A stretch of 64,000 nucleotides of DNA from Gracilinanus agilis (lineage: Eukaryota): the NCBI RefSeq assembly GCF_016433145.1, contig NC_058133.1, positions 226,703,631 to 226,767,630 on the forward strand, read 5' to 3'. The notes under the pieces were generated by a model that saw nothing but the letters and a program-made list of their open reading frames with translations, did not search any database and was not told where the DNA came from. Each line of letters begins with the position of its first letter. Positions within the stretch are counted from its first letter, which is position 1. The position numbers and the translations under genes were made by a program. Positions 12,016 through 36,628 of the stretch are shown piece by piece.

Positions 12016-15000
12016 ATGGCCGCCGACGGTCTGAGCCGCTCGGAGAGGAAAGCGGCCGAAAGGGATAAGATACTGCGGGAGGAGCAACAGCGAGACCGGC
12101 TCCGTCAGGTAGGCCCAGTACAGACTGGGGCGTCCCCTCGGGAACGCACAGCTCGGCCCAGCTCTCCCTCACGGCCGTCGGGGCCCCCTCCCCCCACAGG
12201 TGTCCCGGATCCTGAAGAAAGCGGCGGCGGAGCGGAGCGCGGAGGAGTGCCGGTTGTTGGCCGAGAGCGAAGAGCTGGTGAAGGAACTGCAGGGCCGGAG
12301 CCGCCGGCGGGAGGGCCTGAAGCGGCGGCTGCAGGAGGCGAGTACGCGTCCGTCCCGCTTCCGGCCGGCTTTGCCTTTGCGGGTCCCTTCCTCTCGGACT
12401 CTCCCCGGCCTCTAGGCTCCACTGCCAGACCCTGGCCACCCCCGAATCGGGGGCGATGAAATACGATCTCAAGGCTCCCTGGAGCCTTGGGGACTTCGAT
12501 TGCGCCTCCTCTGTTGCTTCTGAACTAGCCCTGCCGGACTCACAGAGCCCTCTTTTCCCTAAGTTGAGCGCATGCTTTTTTCGGGAAGAAAGATCAAGCC
12601 TTAGAACTGAAAAAGGAAGAAGAAAAACATGGCTCTGGGGAAAGGACAGGAGGGTCTCTGACACCACCACAACTGAACCCCACCCCACCACCCCGACCCT
12701 GCCACCACCCCTTACCCCATTTACAGCTCTTTGGTCTTCGATGTGTTTCATTCTGGGAGGGGTGGGGGGATTTTGACCACCTTTTTTGTGTCTCCTTAGG
12801 TGTGTGATGACCCAGGGGAGCTAAGGAGGAAAGTGAAGGAATTGGCTGTAGCTGTCCAAAATGCCAAACATTTGGTCATCTACACAGGAGCAGGAATTAG
12901 CACGGTAGGGAATTGAGTGATATTGTTGTGTTCCTTATAGTTAACTTGACTGTCAGGGATTCTTCCTGGAAGAGCCAATAAGAGACTGTTGGTTTTGGAA
13001 CTCTTCGGATCACTTGTCTTACACAGGTAGAATAGTAGGTTTGTGGATGGTGCCCCCTGGGGACCATTGGTTTATTCTTGATGTAGGAATGTTTTTTTCT
13101 AAATAAAGAGATCCACAGCAAATCAGCTAAAGCTCATACTCAAGAAAACAACTTAACTATTGCTTTACAATATAAAATATTGAACTAAATACTTATAACT
13201 AAGTTTCAATGAGATACTTAGCATAGAACCTGTATATAGTAGATATTTAAATATTTGCATTGGATTTAGTAAATTAAAGCAAATATCCAATCATTTAACT
13301 AGCATTTATTAAGCACCTATTAGATGTCAAGCACTGTGCAAAGTAAGGGAATACAAAGAAAGGCAAAAAACAAAGTCCCTGCTTTCAGGGAGCTCAGGGC
13401 CTTAAATTTTATAATAAAGGTTAACTAAGGATTAGGGGAAAGAGAGGGAAAGGAAAGTGATAACAATAAAAGAGTACTGAGAACCATCATCATCTAGCTC
13501 ATTTTCCCACCTTCTTCATTTTGTAGGTAAGGAAACATGCTCAGAGAAGTTAAAATCATTAAATAAAATCATAATTAGTTGGCCCGCATTATACAGTGGC
13601 ACTGATGGTACTAGAACCCAATTTTCCTGATCCCCAATCACTAGAATTACCTCTCTTCTACATTCTAAAGCATGATACAGTAGAAAGAACACCTGCTTCT
13701 AGCTGACTCTTCAGCATTCTGTCCCCAAGTGTGGAGGAAAAAACCCTGGATTTTCCATTGCTTACTGTTTTTAAAATTGAAAAAAGACTTTGAATAAGGA
13801 GAAAAAAAATACATAGGATAAGGAGAAGAGGTTTAATTAGGTCAACTCATACCTTGTTATAGATGGTCATTTACCATATTACCACTTTGAAATGTTTATT
13901 AGCTTACTAATTTAGTTGAGTTTTTTATAGCTGCTCTAACTCTAGTACTGACAATTCTGTGTGAATCAAACAACTTTTGTTATCACAACTAACCAGAAGA
14001 ATTACATGGTTATTATGTTCCCTATAGTCAGATTAATATTTAATACAGTAATAAGAGGCCTTAAAGCATTGTTAAGTGGCACATGAGAAAGCCATATGCA
14101 GCTGGAGTCTTTGAGTATTGCCACTTTAGAAATTCTACTCTAGGAGAACCAGAGCTGCCCATTGTAATAGAAGTTAATTATCTAGGCTACAGCAGCAGTG
14201 TACGAATGAATAGCCTCCTCAAAAGTCAAATGGAATCAAGCTCAAAGGCCAGGTGATGTCCTGTTCCTGCATCTTATTCTCTAAGATGGAGGATAATACA
14301 TAGTGTGGTTTAGATTAGAAGATCAGAAAATTTAGTTAATTTTCATTCTATCTTGGCAATGTGTAAAGTGTTAGCTTAGAGAAAAAATAATAGCTAATAG
14401 TTATATAGTACTTTAAAAAGGTTTGCAGAATGCTTTATAAATACTATCTCATTTGAGTTTTACCACAACCCTGGGAATAGAAACTACTTGAAGGAAAATG
14501 TAAGAATTTGGATGGCAATCCTCTCTCACTTAGGGATTCATAAGGCACAAGTTGTCCTGAAGCTGAAAACATCAGTCAGAGAGCATTTATTAAACACCTA
14601 CTATGTGTTAAATGCTGGGGTTAAAAATACAAAGCATGAAATAATCCATCATCTCAAGGAGCTGAGTGTATGTATAGAAATGAGGTATAATGGCTTTTTT
14701 TGTAGCAGCTCAATCTTTTTTTTTTGCTACCTCTTCTTGGAATTCTGCCAGTAGCTACAGCTGACACCCTTCCTTGTGCTTGTCTTTCCTTTCATGTGTT
14801 TCCTGGCCATGCAGGCAGCTTCCATCCCAGATTACCGGGGCCCTAATGGAGTGTGGACCCTGCTTCAGAAAGGGAGGAGCATTAGGTAAGTAAACAAAAA
14901 GCAAAAGTTAATTCTCTGCCCCTGTTCTACCTCCTAGGCAGGCTACAGAGGCCTTCCCTGTGAAGTGGAGGGATGTCAGATGTAGTGTGAACCTGAACTT

Positions 15001-18000
15001 GGCAGCTCCTCCTCACCTTTCCCTTTTTCCCTTCCATCTGGCAGTGCTGCCGATCTGAGTGAGGCGGAGCCTACCCTCACCCACATGAGCATCGCCCGCT
15101 TACATGAGCAGAAGCTGGTAAGAGTCCAGGGTCTCTAGCACTCCTGTTTTCTAGGGCCTGAAAGAGATAACCTAACTCTTTCTTCTACATTGTTCCAAAA
15201 CTTTTTGATTCCCCCTGTTTGAGAAGCCCTCCTAGGTTTAGCTTCTAGGTTTGTGCTGGTTTAATCATCCTGGTTGAATTCTCTCTGATGTCTGGCTACC
15301 AAGGTGAGCTAGGCACTCCCTAGGTTGAAATGACTAATTCAGAGGAAGCCTTTCTTCCAGCAGGAACTCTGAAACAGGCCAGGTTTAGCACTAAGGCCAA
15401 CAGTAACATCATCCCTCTGCCTTTTCTTGACTTACTCCCATGGATTTCAGGAGCCATAGCAATTTTAGAAGAGGCTCCTTTGACCTTGTTCAGCAACTTC
15501 ATGCAAAAAGCCAGGAGTAAATCTAACTGGGCCTTTTGGGAAATTAGATGTAATAACACAGAATAGTTTTCTCCTAAGGCACTATAACTCCTAACTCTCA
15601 CCTAAAACCTTGAGAATCTTCAGTGGCAGTGAGGGAAAGTAGATGATACACTGATTCCTCTAATGGCTTATGACACTTCAAAGGCAGCAGCAACCTCTAT
15701 ACTACAAGAATTCTGCCAAGCTTTAGGTGTCTTACCCAATTTGTGCTTGGACTCAGTCCTGCTTCTTTAGTGGGATCTAACACTTTTCTTCACATCCTGA
15801 GGCTTTCAGCAAAATTAATGTTGCCCTAGGTCTGAGCTCTTTGCAGTGCTGACCTTGAGCCAAGGTGGGAAGACTCTTCAGAATATCTTGCTGTCTTCCC
15901 ACCCATATTCTTCCCTTAAAGGTACAGCATGTAGTATCCCAGAATTGTGATGGACTTCATTTAAGGAGTGGATTGCCCCGCTCAGCAATTTCAGAGCTTC
16001 ATGGGAACATGTACATTGAGGTGAGCAGCCACAGCCAGGACTTGGGAGACTTTGAGGGAGAGCACACTAAACTCTAGTTCACCAGGCCTCCTCTCTCCTC
16101 AGGTCTGTACCTCTTGCACTCCTAATCGAGAGTACTTGAGAGTATTTGATGTGACTGAACGAACAGCCTTACATAGACACCAGACAGGCCGGTCCTGTCA
16201 TAAATGTGGGGCACAACTACGAGATACCATTGTGCATTTTGGTGAGAGGGGAATTTTGGGGCAGCCTCTGAACTGGGAAGCAGCAACCGAGGCAGCAAGC
16301 AAAGCTGACACTATTCTGTGTTTGGGATCCAGCTTAAAGGTACAAGATGAAAATAAACGAGCAGATTCTATTTCAGAATTTGTTACTTCTTTCTTCCAAC
16401 ATTTAGGCTCAGTCTTAAATTGCAACTTTCAATAGTCTTGTTTCTTTGGATTATAATAGGTGCTGAAGAAGTATCCATGTCTCTGGTGCATGACTAAACC
16501 TCCTAGCCGGCGGCCTAAACTCTACATAGTAAATTTACAGGTAACATCAGAGAAAATTGAAATGTGACTGGAAATATCCACCTACTATATCAAGTGTAGG
16601 GGAATTGGAATGCTGAATAAAAAGAATGTGGAGTGATGAGGGTGGGGTTAGTGACAAATACAGAACAAGAAAGGGTTTAGTTATTCATTCACTCCAAAAC
16701 ACTGTGTTTAGTGCACAATCAGAATGTTCCAAAGGGGGGTAGCTGGGTGGCTCAGTGGATGGAGAGCCAGGCCTGAAGACAGGAAGTCCTGGGTTCAAAT
16801 CTGGTCTCAGACACTTCTTAGCTATGTGACCCTGGGCAAGTCAGTTAACTTCCATTTCCTAGCCCTTACTGCTCTTCTGCCTTGGAATCAATACACAGTA
16901 GGGTTTAAAAATAAGTGTGCCAAGCACAAGATGAAATAAAAACATAGATAATGTAGTCCCTGCTTTTATAGAGTTTATATGCTGGCCTGGAAAATAAATG
17001 TTTATAAATATACAAATCAAAGTATAAGTACATCCCGGCCTCAGCCACTTCCCAGCTGTGTGACCCTGGGCAAGTCACTTGACCCCCATTGCCCACCCTT
17101 ACCACTCTTCCACCTATGAGACAATACATCAAAGTACAAGGGTTAAAAAAAAAAAAGTATAAGTACATAAAAGCAAGATAAAATAGCATACAATCTGATG
17201 ACAGAAAAATAATTTCTGGGTTGGGGGTGGGGATCAGACTTAATGAAGGAGGTAGCTTTTACATTGAGCTTCAAATGATAAGTAATCTGTCAAAACACAA
17301 AAATTGTAGGGTATGGGGAGATAGGATTCCAGAATTCCAGGCATTGGAAGAGGGTGAAAGGGTTTCGATTTTAGTAACTCCTTCCAATTCCACTTCACCT
17401 CTCCCACACAAGGCTTAGTCATAGTAGTTTTACCACACTGAGAAATACCTTTATGCATTCTTTTTTGTTTGTTTGTTTATTTGTCCGTCCTCAGTGGACA
17501 CCAAAGGATGACCTGGCTGCCTTGAAACTTCATGGGAAATGTGATGATGTTATGCAGCTGCTAATGGATGAACTGGGTCTTGAGATTCCCTCCTATAATA
17601 GGTGAGTGGTGTGACTGAGACCCAGGTTCCCTAGCCTGAGCTGGGTAGCCCTTAGTTCCCTTGCCTTAATAGGCAATATGTGTACAGATGGACACGGTTG
17701 CCTCTCATGGCTCACTTGGTTTTTTTATTGTATAAAAACAGTGATTAATGTGAGCATTTTCTCATTATAAGGAACGAAAAAGGATTACATATAAAACAGC
17801 AAATCTTTACTGGGGATAGTTTGCCCCTTCTTAAGTACATAATAAATTTGTCTGTTTCAAAACTATCCTGCTTGTTTATTATGTATTTCTCCAAACCTCC
17901 TGTTCTCTCCCTTGCAGCCTGGTTGTTAATGAAGTTGTAAGGTTAGTTTAAACCTAAGGGAGTGGCTGAGGTTCAAAAGCATTTGATGTAATTGCTTCTA

Positions 18001-20990
18001 AGGTTGGTTGCACTTGAAGACTGAAGTCTGACTGGAAGTTTTAGATAGATTTTGATAACGTAACCTATAGTTAATTTTATATGCTGATCCATTCATGTCT
18101 TCTGCTGGTAGAAATAAGATTTATACTTCAGGGAAATAAAAATAAGTTGTTTTGGAAGTTTGTGAGTTTGTGAGTTTAATTCTCTTCACAACTTAATCAA
18201 ATAGCCCAGTTTTACTATTAAAATTATTTATTTTTTCTTTTAATCAAGAAGAGTCCATTCCAAAATTAGTAGCTTTTTAAAGTAGAGAATTTCATTTATA
18301 AATTATTCCTTCAATTTCTGGACCTGGTAATTTTTATATTTAAAGGACATGTATAATGGTGTTGTGTAATGCTAGGTATTGTGTAATATGGACTGTGTAC
18401 TTTTAGAAACTTAGCACATTTTATTAATTTCTTATCCATGGCTTAGTTTATAAACTTTAGTACTATGATGGATAAATGATCACATTGATGTAGGGCTAAC
18501 AATGGCTTAGATCACAAACTTCATCCTGTGCTACTTTTCTTCTTTACTCTTCTGTTCCTTATCTGCCCAATATGCTGAGGGCCTTCCTCTAAATCCCTTT
18601 ATATTGTGTGGGCACTGGTGGAGTACACAGGCTACTTACTCATTACTTATCCTCCTTTTTGTAATCCCACCTACCTTCTTTTCCAGTAATACAGTCTCTG
18701 ACAATATCTTTTTAATTATTATGCAATTCTTCCTTGTTAATATGCTGCAGCCTACTTCTGTCCATCAGTGCTTTCTGGGTAACTTGTAACTTTAATACTT
18801 TGAAGACTGATATACCAGAGTTCAAAGACATATAGTATTACCAGAAGAATCTTAGTTTTTTAATCCAAGGAGAAGCTTGGAGATCATTTAAAAGATTGTA
18901 CTATTTCCCAGAAGCAGTCTAGCCCCTTCTCTTTGTCCACTCTAAGCCCAGTTTATGGTCCTTCTTTCATTGTCCATCCAAGACAGACTAAACTACTACC
19001 AGAGTAGTAGAATAACCCATTTGTTTTTCTGTAAAACACTTTTCTTTTTTTTTTCCTTTTTTTTTAAATTTTAAACCCTTAACTTCTGTGTATTGACCCA
19101 TAGGTGAAAGATTAGTAAGGGTAGGCAATGGGGGTCAAGTGACTTGCCCAGGGTCACACAGCTGGGAAGTGTCTGAGGCCGGATTTGAACCTAGGACCTC
19201 CTGTCTCTAGGCCTGGCTCTCAATCCACTGAGCTACCCAGCTGCCCCCCTGTAAAACACTTTTCTGATCTATTCCTCATAAATATACTCACAGAGTAAAG
19301 AGTATTGAGACCAGCAAAACCTTTTTAATTTATAGTAATGGGAGAGAAGATTAGACTATGAAGTATGAGCTGCTTTGGAACCAATACTTAGTATTGATTC
19401 TAAGACTGAAGATAAGGGTTAAAAATAAAAAGACAACTTATGATGTGCATTTGGAAGTGAACAGTCACTAGAGCTCATTTATTAGTAATATACCCTAATC
19501 GGTATGCCTGATATATGATATGTAATATAATTTATTGTATAGTTTCAGTCCTATCCTCTCCAGCTCATTTTATAGATGAGGAAACTAAGGCAACTGGGAT
19601 AAATGCCTTACCCAGGGTCACCTGCTAGGAAGTGTCTGAGTTGGGATTTGAAGCCAGAAAGATTCCTTTTCCTGAGTTCCAGGCCTGGCACTTTATCCAC
19701 TGTGCCACCTAGCTTTTCACATATACTACAATAGATCTTGATCAGTATATTATTAAGCAGTATGTATTACAGAATGCACTAATCAGTGGGTATCTTATAC
19801 ATTGGTCATACTGATTAGTACATTAAATAATATGTACCCCTCAGTAATATACTGATCATTATGTATAGATAGCTTTATGGAGTGTTCATCCAACTGTAGT
19901 ATCATAAGCCTTAACAACAGATATTCTTTATATATTTGCTTTCTTCCTTTGTGTATAGTTAGGCTGAAACTTTTTCAGTGATTTTACAATCTAGTGGTCA
20001 GCTGGCATGCTGAAGGCCTTCCTCTGGATCCCTTGTAATGTCTGGAACTTGTTGCAATCAACACAGACAATGTCATTGGACAAACAGATTCTGTGTGTTC
20101 TTAGTTTATAGTACAAACATGACATCCTTTAAAGCCCAACTCAAATATAAATTCATGAAGCCCTTTCCACCTTTGAATTTCATACAGCACTTTTGTGCAT
20201 TGTATATTACAATTATCTGTGACTTATACCCTTTTTAGATAGTAAGCTCCATGAAGGCAGGGATGGACTATATCTTATCTAAATTTAGTAAGTCCTTCAA
20301 CATCTAGCATCAAGTATTTAATATTTGAATTAATTAATTTCTTTAAAACTTATTTTAGGGGCAAGTAGGTGACCCAGAAGAAATAGAATGCCTGGAGACA
20401 GGAGATCCTGGGTTCAACCCTGACCTCAGACACTTCTGTGTGACCCTGGGCAGGTCACTTAACCCCAAATTGCCTAGCCCTAATTGGTCTTCTGCCTTGG
20501 AACCTATACTAGATTATAAGATAGTAAGGGTTTCCCATAGGCTATACTTAACACATTGGCCTTCTTTCCATTGTTGTAAATTAATATGGTTTTGGTTTGG
20601 TGGAGGGGAGGGAAGTTAAATGAAAAAATGATTGCTTGTAAGTAGCAAGAGTGAGTTACTATTTCTGACATTCTCATTTGATTCCCATTTCAGCCACACA
20701 TTGTAATGGAGAATTTTTTAATCAGATTCAAGTGCTCGCCTTGAGGTGGTACCTAATGTATCTTTCTCCCTTTTGGTAGGTGGCAGGACCCCATCTTCTC
20801 TCTGGCAACTCCTCTTCGTGCTGACGAAGAAGGAAGCCACAGCCGAAAGCCATTGGTTCCCCCACAGAATGCAGAAGAGATTCAATCCAGGGAACATAAA
20901 GAGCAAGAGGCTCCGCTTAGCTCAGTACCATGCTCAGGTGGCTGGTTTGGCAGGGGCTGCACCAAAGGCACAAAGAGGAAAAAAGTGTAG
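12016..20990 (+). CDS. SIRT7: NAD-dependent deacylase sirtuin-7, 404 aa, 10 coding exons
   Basis: Exons 12016-12108, 12200-12337 (GC donor), 12800-12904, 14815-14885, 15045-15117, 15922-16020, 16103-16339, 16460-16540, 17495-17601, 20780-20990. Frame continuous; [17 protein letters not shown]-terminus, [15 protein letters not shown], catalytic ELHGN, Zn-binding CTSC/CHKC, GSSL, basic C-terminus KGTKRKKV. Confidence 0.97.
13280..13400 (-). mobile_element. L2 3'-end fragment
   Basis: CATTTATTAAGCACCTATTAGATGTCAAGCACTGTGC, typical reverse-complement L2 terminus; a similar fragment lies at about 14575-14680. Confidence 0.65.
16734..16912 (+). mobile_element. Opossum-type SINE (SIRT7 intron 8)
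   Basis: Full head, B-box, CORE and GGGTTTAAAA tail. Confidence 0.85.
17034..17153 (+). mobile_element. 5'-truncated young SINE with perfect 15-bp TSD
   Basis: TSD AAAGTATAAGTACAT at 17019-17033 and 17154-17168; body starts just after the B-box; poly(A) tail. Confidence 0.9.
19046..19248 (-). mobile_element. Young full-length SINE with perfect 17-bp TSD
   Basis: TSD CTGTAAAACACTTTTCT at 19029-19045 and 19249-19265. Confidence 0.92.
19563..19713 (-). mobile_element. MAR1/MIR-type CORE SINE
   Basis: CTCATTTTATAGATGAGGAAACTAAGGC core and ATCCACTGTGCCACCTAGCT head. Confidence 0.7.
20358..20533 (+). mobile_element. Diverged opossum-type SINE
   Basis: B-box GGGTTCAAC, CORE TGTGACCCTGGGCAGGTCACTTAACC, tail GTAAGGGTTT. 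Confidence 0.8.
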
Positions 20991-21531
20991 CCTCATACCT
21001 TTTGGGAATAGACAGTTGGCACTTTGAAAATAACTTCAGGAAACCTTATTCAGGGGTCAAAAGTCACCATGAAGGGTAAAGTTAACCTCCATGTGACTGG
21101 TGAAGGGGAATAATGGATGAAATTTTTGTACTGGGATTTTTAGCAATTTTTCTGGGTTTTTTTCCCCCTTCAAAGCCTATCTCCTAGCTCTTTGTACCAC
21201 TTTCTGTGCTACAAACTGCACTCAATCATGAATAGGGTCTATTGATGACATCTCCAGTTCATCTAGACCCTGAGTGAGGAAGTGGCCGACTAACAATTTT
21301 CTATAAGATAAAGGACTCAGTGATATTTCACATCTGGCTGGCCATGAAGAAATACACAGCTGCCTTTACCTCAGTTCACCAGACTGCTCTTAGGGCCCCG
21401 AACTGTATTTCTACCACTTGTTACTAAAAACGTTGCTAACTCTAGATATCTTTTTCTGTATTTGGGTCTACAGTAAAAGGGTGGCTTTTATCCTCTCTAT
21501 AAGCTCTAAGCAGATCCTTTCATTTTTTTCA

Positions 21532-21537
21532 ATTAAA
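21532..21537 (+). terminator. Probable SIRT7 poly(A) signal ATTAAA
   Basis: About 540 nt after the stop, followed by a GU/U-rich tract (TTATTTTGGTGTGTTTCTTTTT). Confidence 0.5.
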
Positions 21538-22099
21538 CAGCTCTTCAATACCTTGATTATTTTGGTGTGTTTCTTTTTCTTCCCATTTTTTTTTTGAGTC
21601 ATTAGCTAGGGGAAAAAACGGCCTGTAAATCTGTATGTAATTGCATTCCCCGATCTTTTCCCGTACCTTGGACTCCTCCTCCATTCCCTAAACATACTAT
21701 GAAAACAATACTAGGTAGAGTAAGAAGCCTTGTGACCTCGACCAGGGATGGAAAAGTCAGAAAAGAGGACTACTTTTAATAAGGCTCCCAAGAAAAAGGG
21801 ATACAATGTGAGAGAGCAAGCCTGGTCCTGGTCAGGATCGCAGTACAGCCAAGTTGATAACTAGCTGTCTAACTAACTTTCCTAAGTTCCTAGGCCCACC
21901 CCATCTCCTGGGCTAGATTAGTTAGGGAGCCAACCCTTTCACTCTCTTCTTGCTCCAAAATTCCAGGAGGTGGAGAAGATGAAATAAGAAGCCCTGTGTG
22001 CATCGTCTTCCAGGGCGAATTCATGTAGACAGGCTGAAGAGAGGAGGACCTCTTGAGCCCTGTACAAATCTGCCCTGGTTCTCCGATACATTATTTGGG

Positions 22100-22417
22100 C
22101 CGGGCTTGAGGAGCGAGGGGCGTCCTTCACCCGGCTGCCGCATAGGTGGAAGGGAAGGGAGTGACCGCGCGCTGAGGGGCGCGGCCTACTGCGGGAGGGA
22201 GGGCGGGGCTGTAGGGCCAGGAGCTTGTCGTTGTGCGATTGGCCCAGTGCGGCAGGGTGAGCCCCCACGTGACGATAGTGGGCGCGTGCGCGGGGGCGGG
22301 GGCAGCGGCTCCGGAGCCGTAGCACCCCTGGTTGTGGCCGCTCTGAGTCGGTAGTCAGTCGTTGGACGGTCGCAACGCTGCACACGAAAGGGTTAGACTC
22401 ATTGCCGCCGTCGGGAC
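22100..22417 (+). promoter_or_regulatory. PCYT2 CpG-island promoter
   Basis: GC boxes near 22201 and 22292, inverted CCAAT (ATTGG 22238-22242), E-box CACGTGAC 22266-22273, TATA-less. Confidence 0.7.
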
Positions 22418-34249
<11,832 letters not shown>

Positions 34250-35221
34250 GAGGCCTAATCACAAACCAGCCGGAGCAGCACACCTCCCTCCATTCCACCT
34301 GCCTTCATCTTGAACTGGAGTTTGCCTGAGGGCCTGCCTTCCCCTTTGCTCTTCTCGCCTTCTCTTGCCCTTCTGATTTTAGAATTTGTCATACCCACCA
34401 TTTTAATGAAGCTGAGGCCCCCTTTTTAACTTACCCTGACTTTGGAGTAACTGTTGGAACCTTGCACAACCAGGCCAGCCCGGAGCTGCCTGGTGTTGGC
34501 AGAAATGAACACTTGGTACTATGTTTCTCCTGTTTTTTTGGAGACTTTGTATTCCCTAATAATGCTTTTCTGCCTAGGCTCCACTGATTTGACTTTTAGG
34601 AAAACAGATCCCGCTGGCAGTATGAGCCTGTGAAATCCACCCAAGAGGGGTATCCATATCAGGTCTGTGGCCAGAGCCATGAGCAGACTCTGGCTGCTCT
34701 TAATCCTGGCTTCCCTTTGCTCAGCACTGGCCACCCCAAGTGAAACAAGCTGAAATGTTTGTGGGATAGGAGAAGGACGCGAGTCCCAGCTGCCATGTGG
34801 CTCTCATGACATTAAGCACAACCCTAATGGGCTTATGAAGCGCCTTCTTCCACTGTCCCCTAGAGGCTGGGCTGCCCCTGCCTAACCCCTGGCAAACCTT
34901 GCTTCCTGGCGATTCAGGGAGGGAGCAAGAGAGTCAGCCATACAAGAAGGGGAATGATCCAAATGGTGACCTCCTATAACTCATTAGGAGGGGGCTCACA
35001 CCTCCCCAGATTTCCCTCCTCAATCTCCATCATTCTCTTCATGCAAGTTATATTCCAAAGCTTCCTGTCTGCAGCCTGAGCTCCAGGACCTTTCACGTTC
35101 ACCTCCAGCTTTGCTGCCCAGGGCCCCATTGTCCTCCCCTAACCTTGCTGCTCCCTGTGTAGACTTTGTATTCTGATTTTTATATCAAACTTATTGTTGT
35201 AAATTTCTGTCAGTGGAACTT

Positions 35222-35227
35222 AATAAA
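35222..35227 (+). terminator. Probable PCYT2 poly(A) signal AATAAA
   Basis: About 970 nt after the PCYT2 stop; first canonical hexamer noticed downstream. Confidence 0.6.
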
Positions 35228-35914
35228 TATGATGGGGATGCATGATCCACTGAGCATTCCCACAATATCCCTGTCCTGGATAATGAAAGGAAAACACTTC
35301 TCAGTTTTTAGTCTCTCTTCCAATCAACACTTGAGTAGAAACTAGGAAAGAGTATGGTACCAGAGGTGACAGATGTGCTGTACTCCTGTTTGTCTGAGAG
35401 CCCCTTCTGTCTCCTGGGTTGCCGTGGATGTAACCTTGATGACAGCTACTTAGTTAACCACACAGAAATTCCAATCTCCCCCAGGACTCTGTGTCACTCC
35501 CCCAGCAGTGTCTGATTGTTAAACAGGAGTGGGGAGAACAAGCAAGTTCATGCTCTCCAGATACCAAACCCAATTCAGCTTGCCCTTCAGTACTGAACTT
35601 CCCCCCTTCCCTTTAGGGAACCAGGAATTAGAAAGCCAACTCTCATATTTCTGGTCATGTGTTAAATGGAATATAAAAACTTCATTCCCCACAGATAAGC
35701 AGAGTCCTGAATTCATTCCACCTTGGACTTAACTGTTCCTGGTTCTCAAGACCCTGTGAAAAAAAAACAAAGGGCCTTTGGACCTGAGATCAGATTGGAT
35801 TTTGGTTTCTTTAGCAAAGAACTAGTCCTGCCTATTGGATATGCCATATATTTTAGGACTAAGACTATTTCTTTTTCCTACCATGACCAACCCTTGATTT
35901 TCTTTATTATTGTT

Positions 35915-36628
35915 ATTATTTTTAATTTTATTTTTTAGAAAAAAAATTTTCCATGTTTACATGATTCATGTTCTTACTCTCTCCCCCACCAACACTCACC
36001 CTGCCCCAGCCAACGTGCATTTCCACTGGTTTCTTCATGTGTCATCGATCAAGACCAATTATTGATAGTTGTACTAGGGTGGCCATTTAGAGTTTACTTC
36101 CCAAATCGTGTCCACATCAACTCGTGTTCAAGCAGTTGTTTTTCCTTCTGTGTTTCCTCTCCTTTAGTTCTTCCTCTGAATGTGGGTAGCTTTCTTTTCC
36201 ATAAATCCCTCAGAGCTGTCTTGTGTCATTGCATTGTTGCTAGTACAGAAGTCCATTACATTCGATTTTACCACAGTGTATCAGTCTCTGTGTACAATGT
36301 TCTTCTGGTTCTGCTCCTTTTACTCTGCATCAATTCCTGGAGGTCTTTCCAGTTCACATGGAAGTCCTCCAGTTTATTATTCCTTTGAGCACAATAGTAT
36401 TCCATCACCAACAGATACCACAGTTTGTTCACTCATTCCCCAATTGAAGGGCATACCCTCGTTTTCCAGTTTTTTTGCCACCACAGAGTGACTATAAATA
36501 TTTTTGTACATGTCTTTTTCCCTAGGTTCTCTTTGGGGTACAAACCCAGCAATGGTATGGCTGGATCAGAGGGCAGGCAATATTTTAGCACTCTTTGGGC
36601 ATAGTTCCAAATTGTCATCCAGAATGCC
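35915..36628 (-). mobile_element. 5'-truncated L1 (ORF2 C-terminus plus 3' UTR)
   Basis: Minus ORF PSDPAIPLLGLYPKENLGKKTCTKIFIVTLW..NWKTRVCPSIGE resembles the L1 ORF2p C-terminus; T-rich tail at the left end. Confidence 0.88.

Noticed and set aside
12005-12751. 248-aa antisense ORF over SIRT7 exons 1-2
   Set aside because: Stop-codon scarcity in a CpG island antisense to real exons; no protein family features
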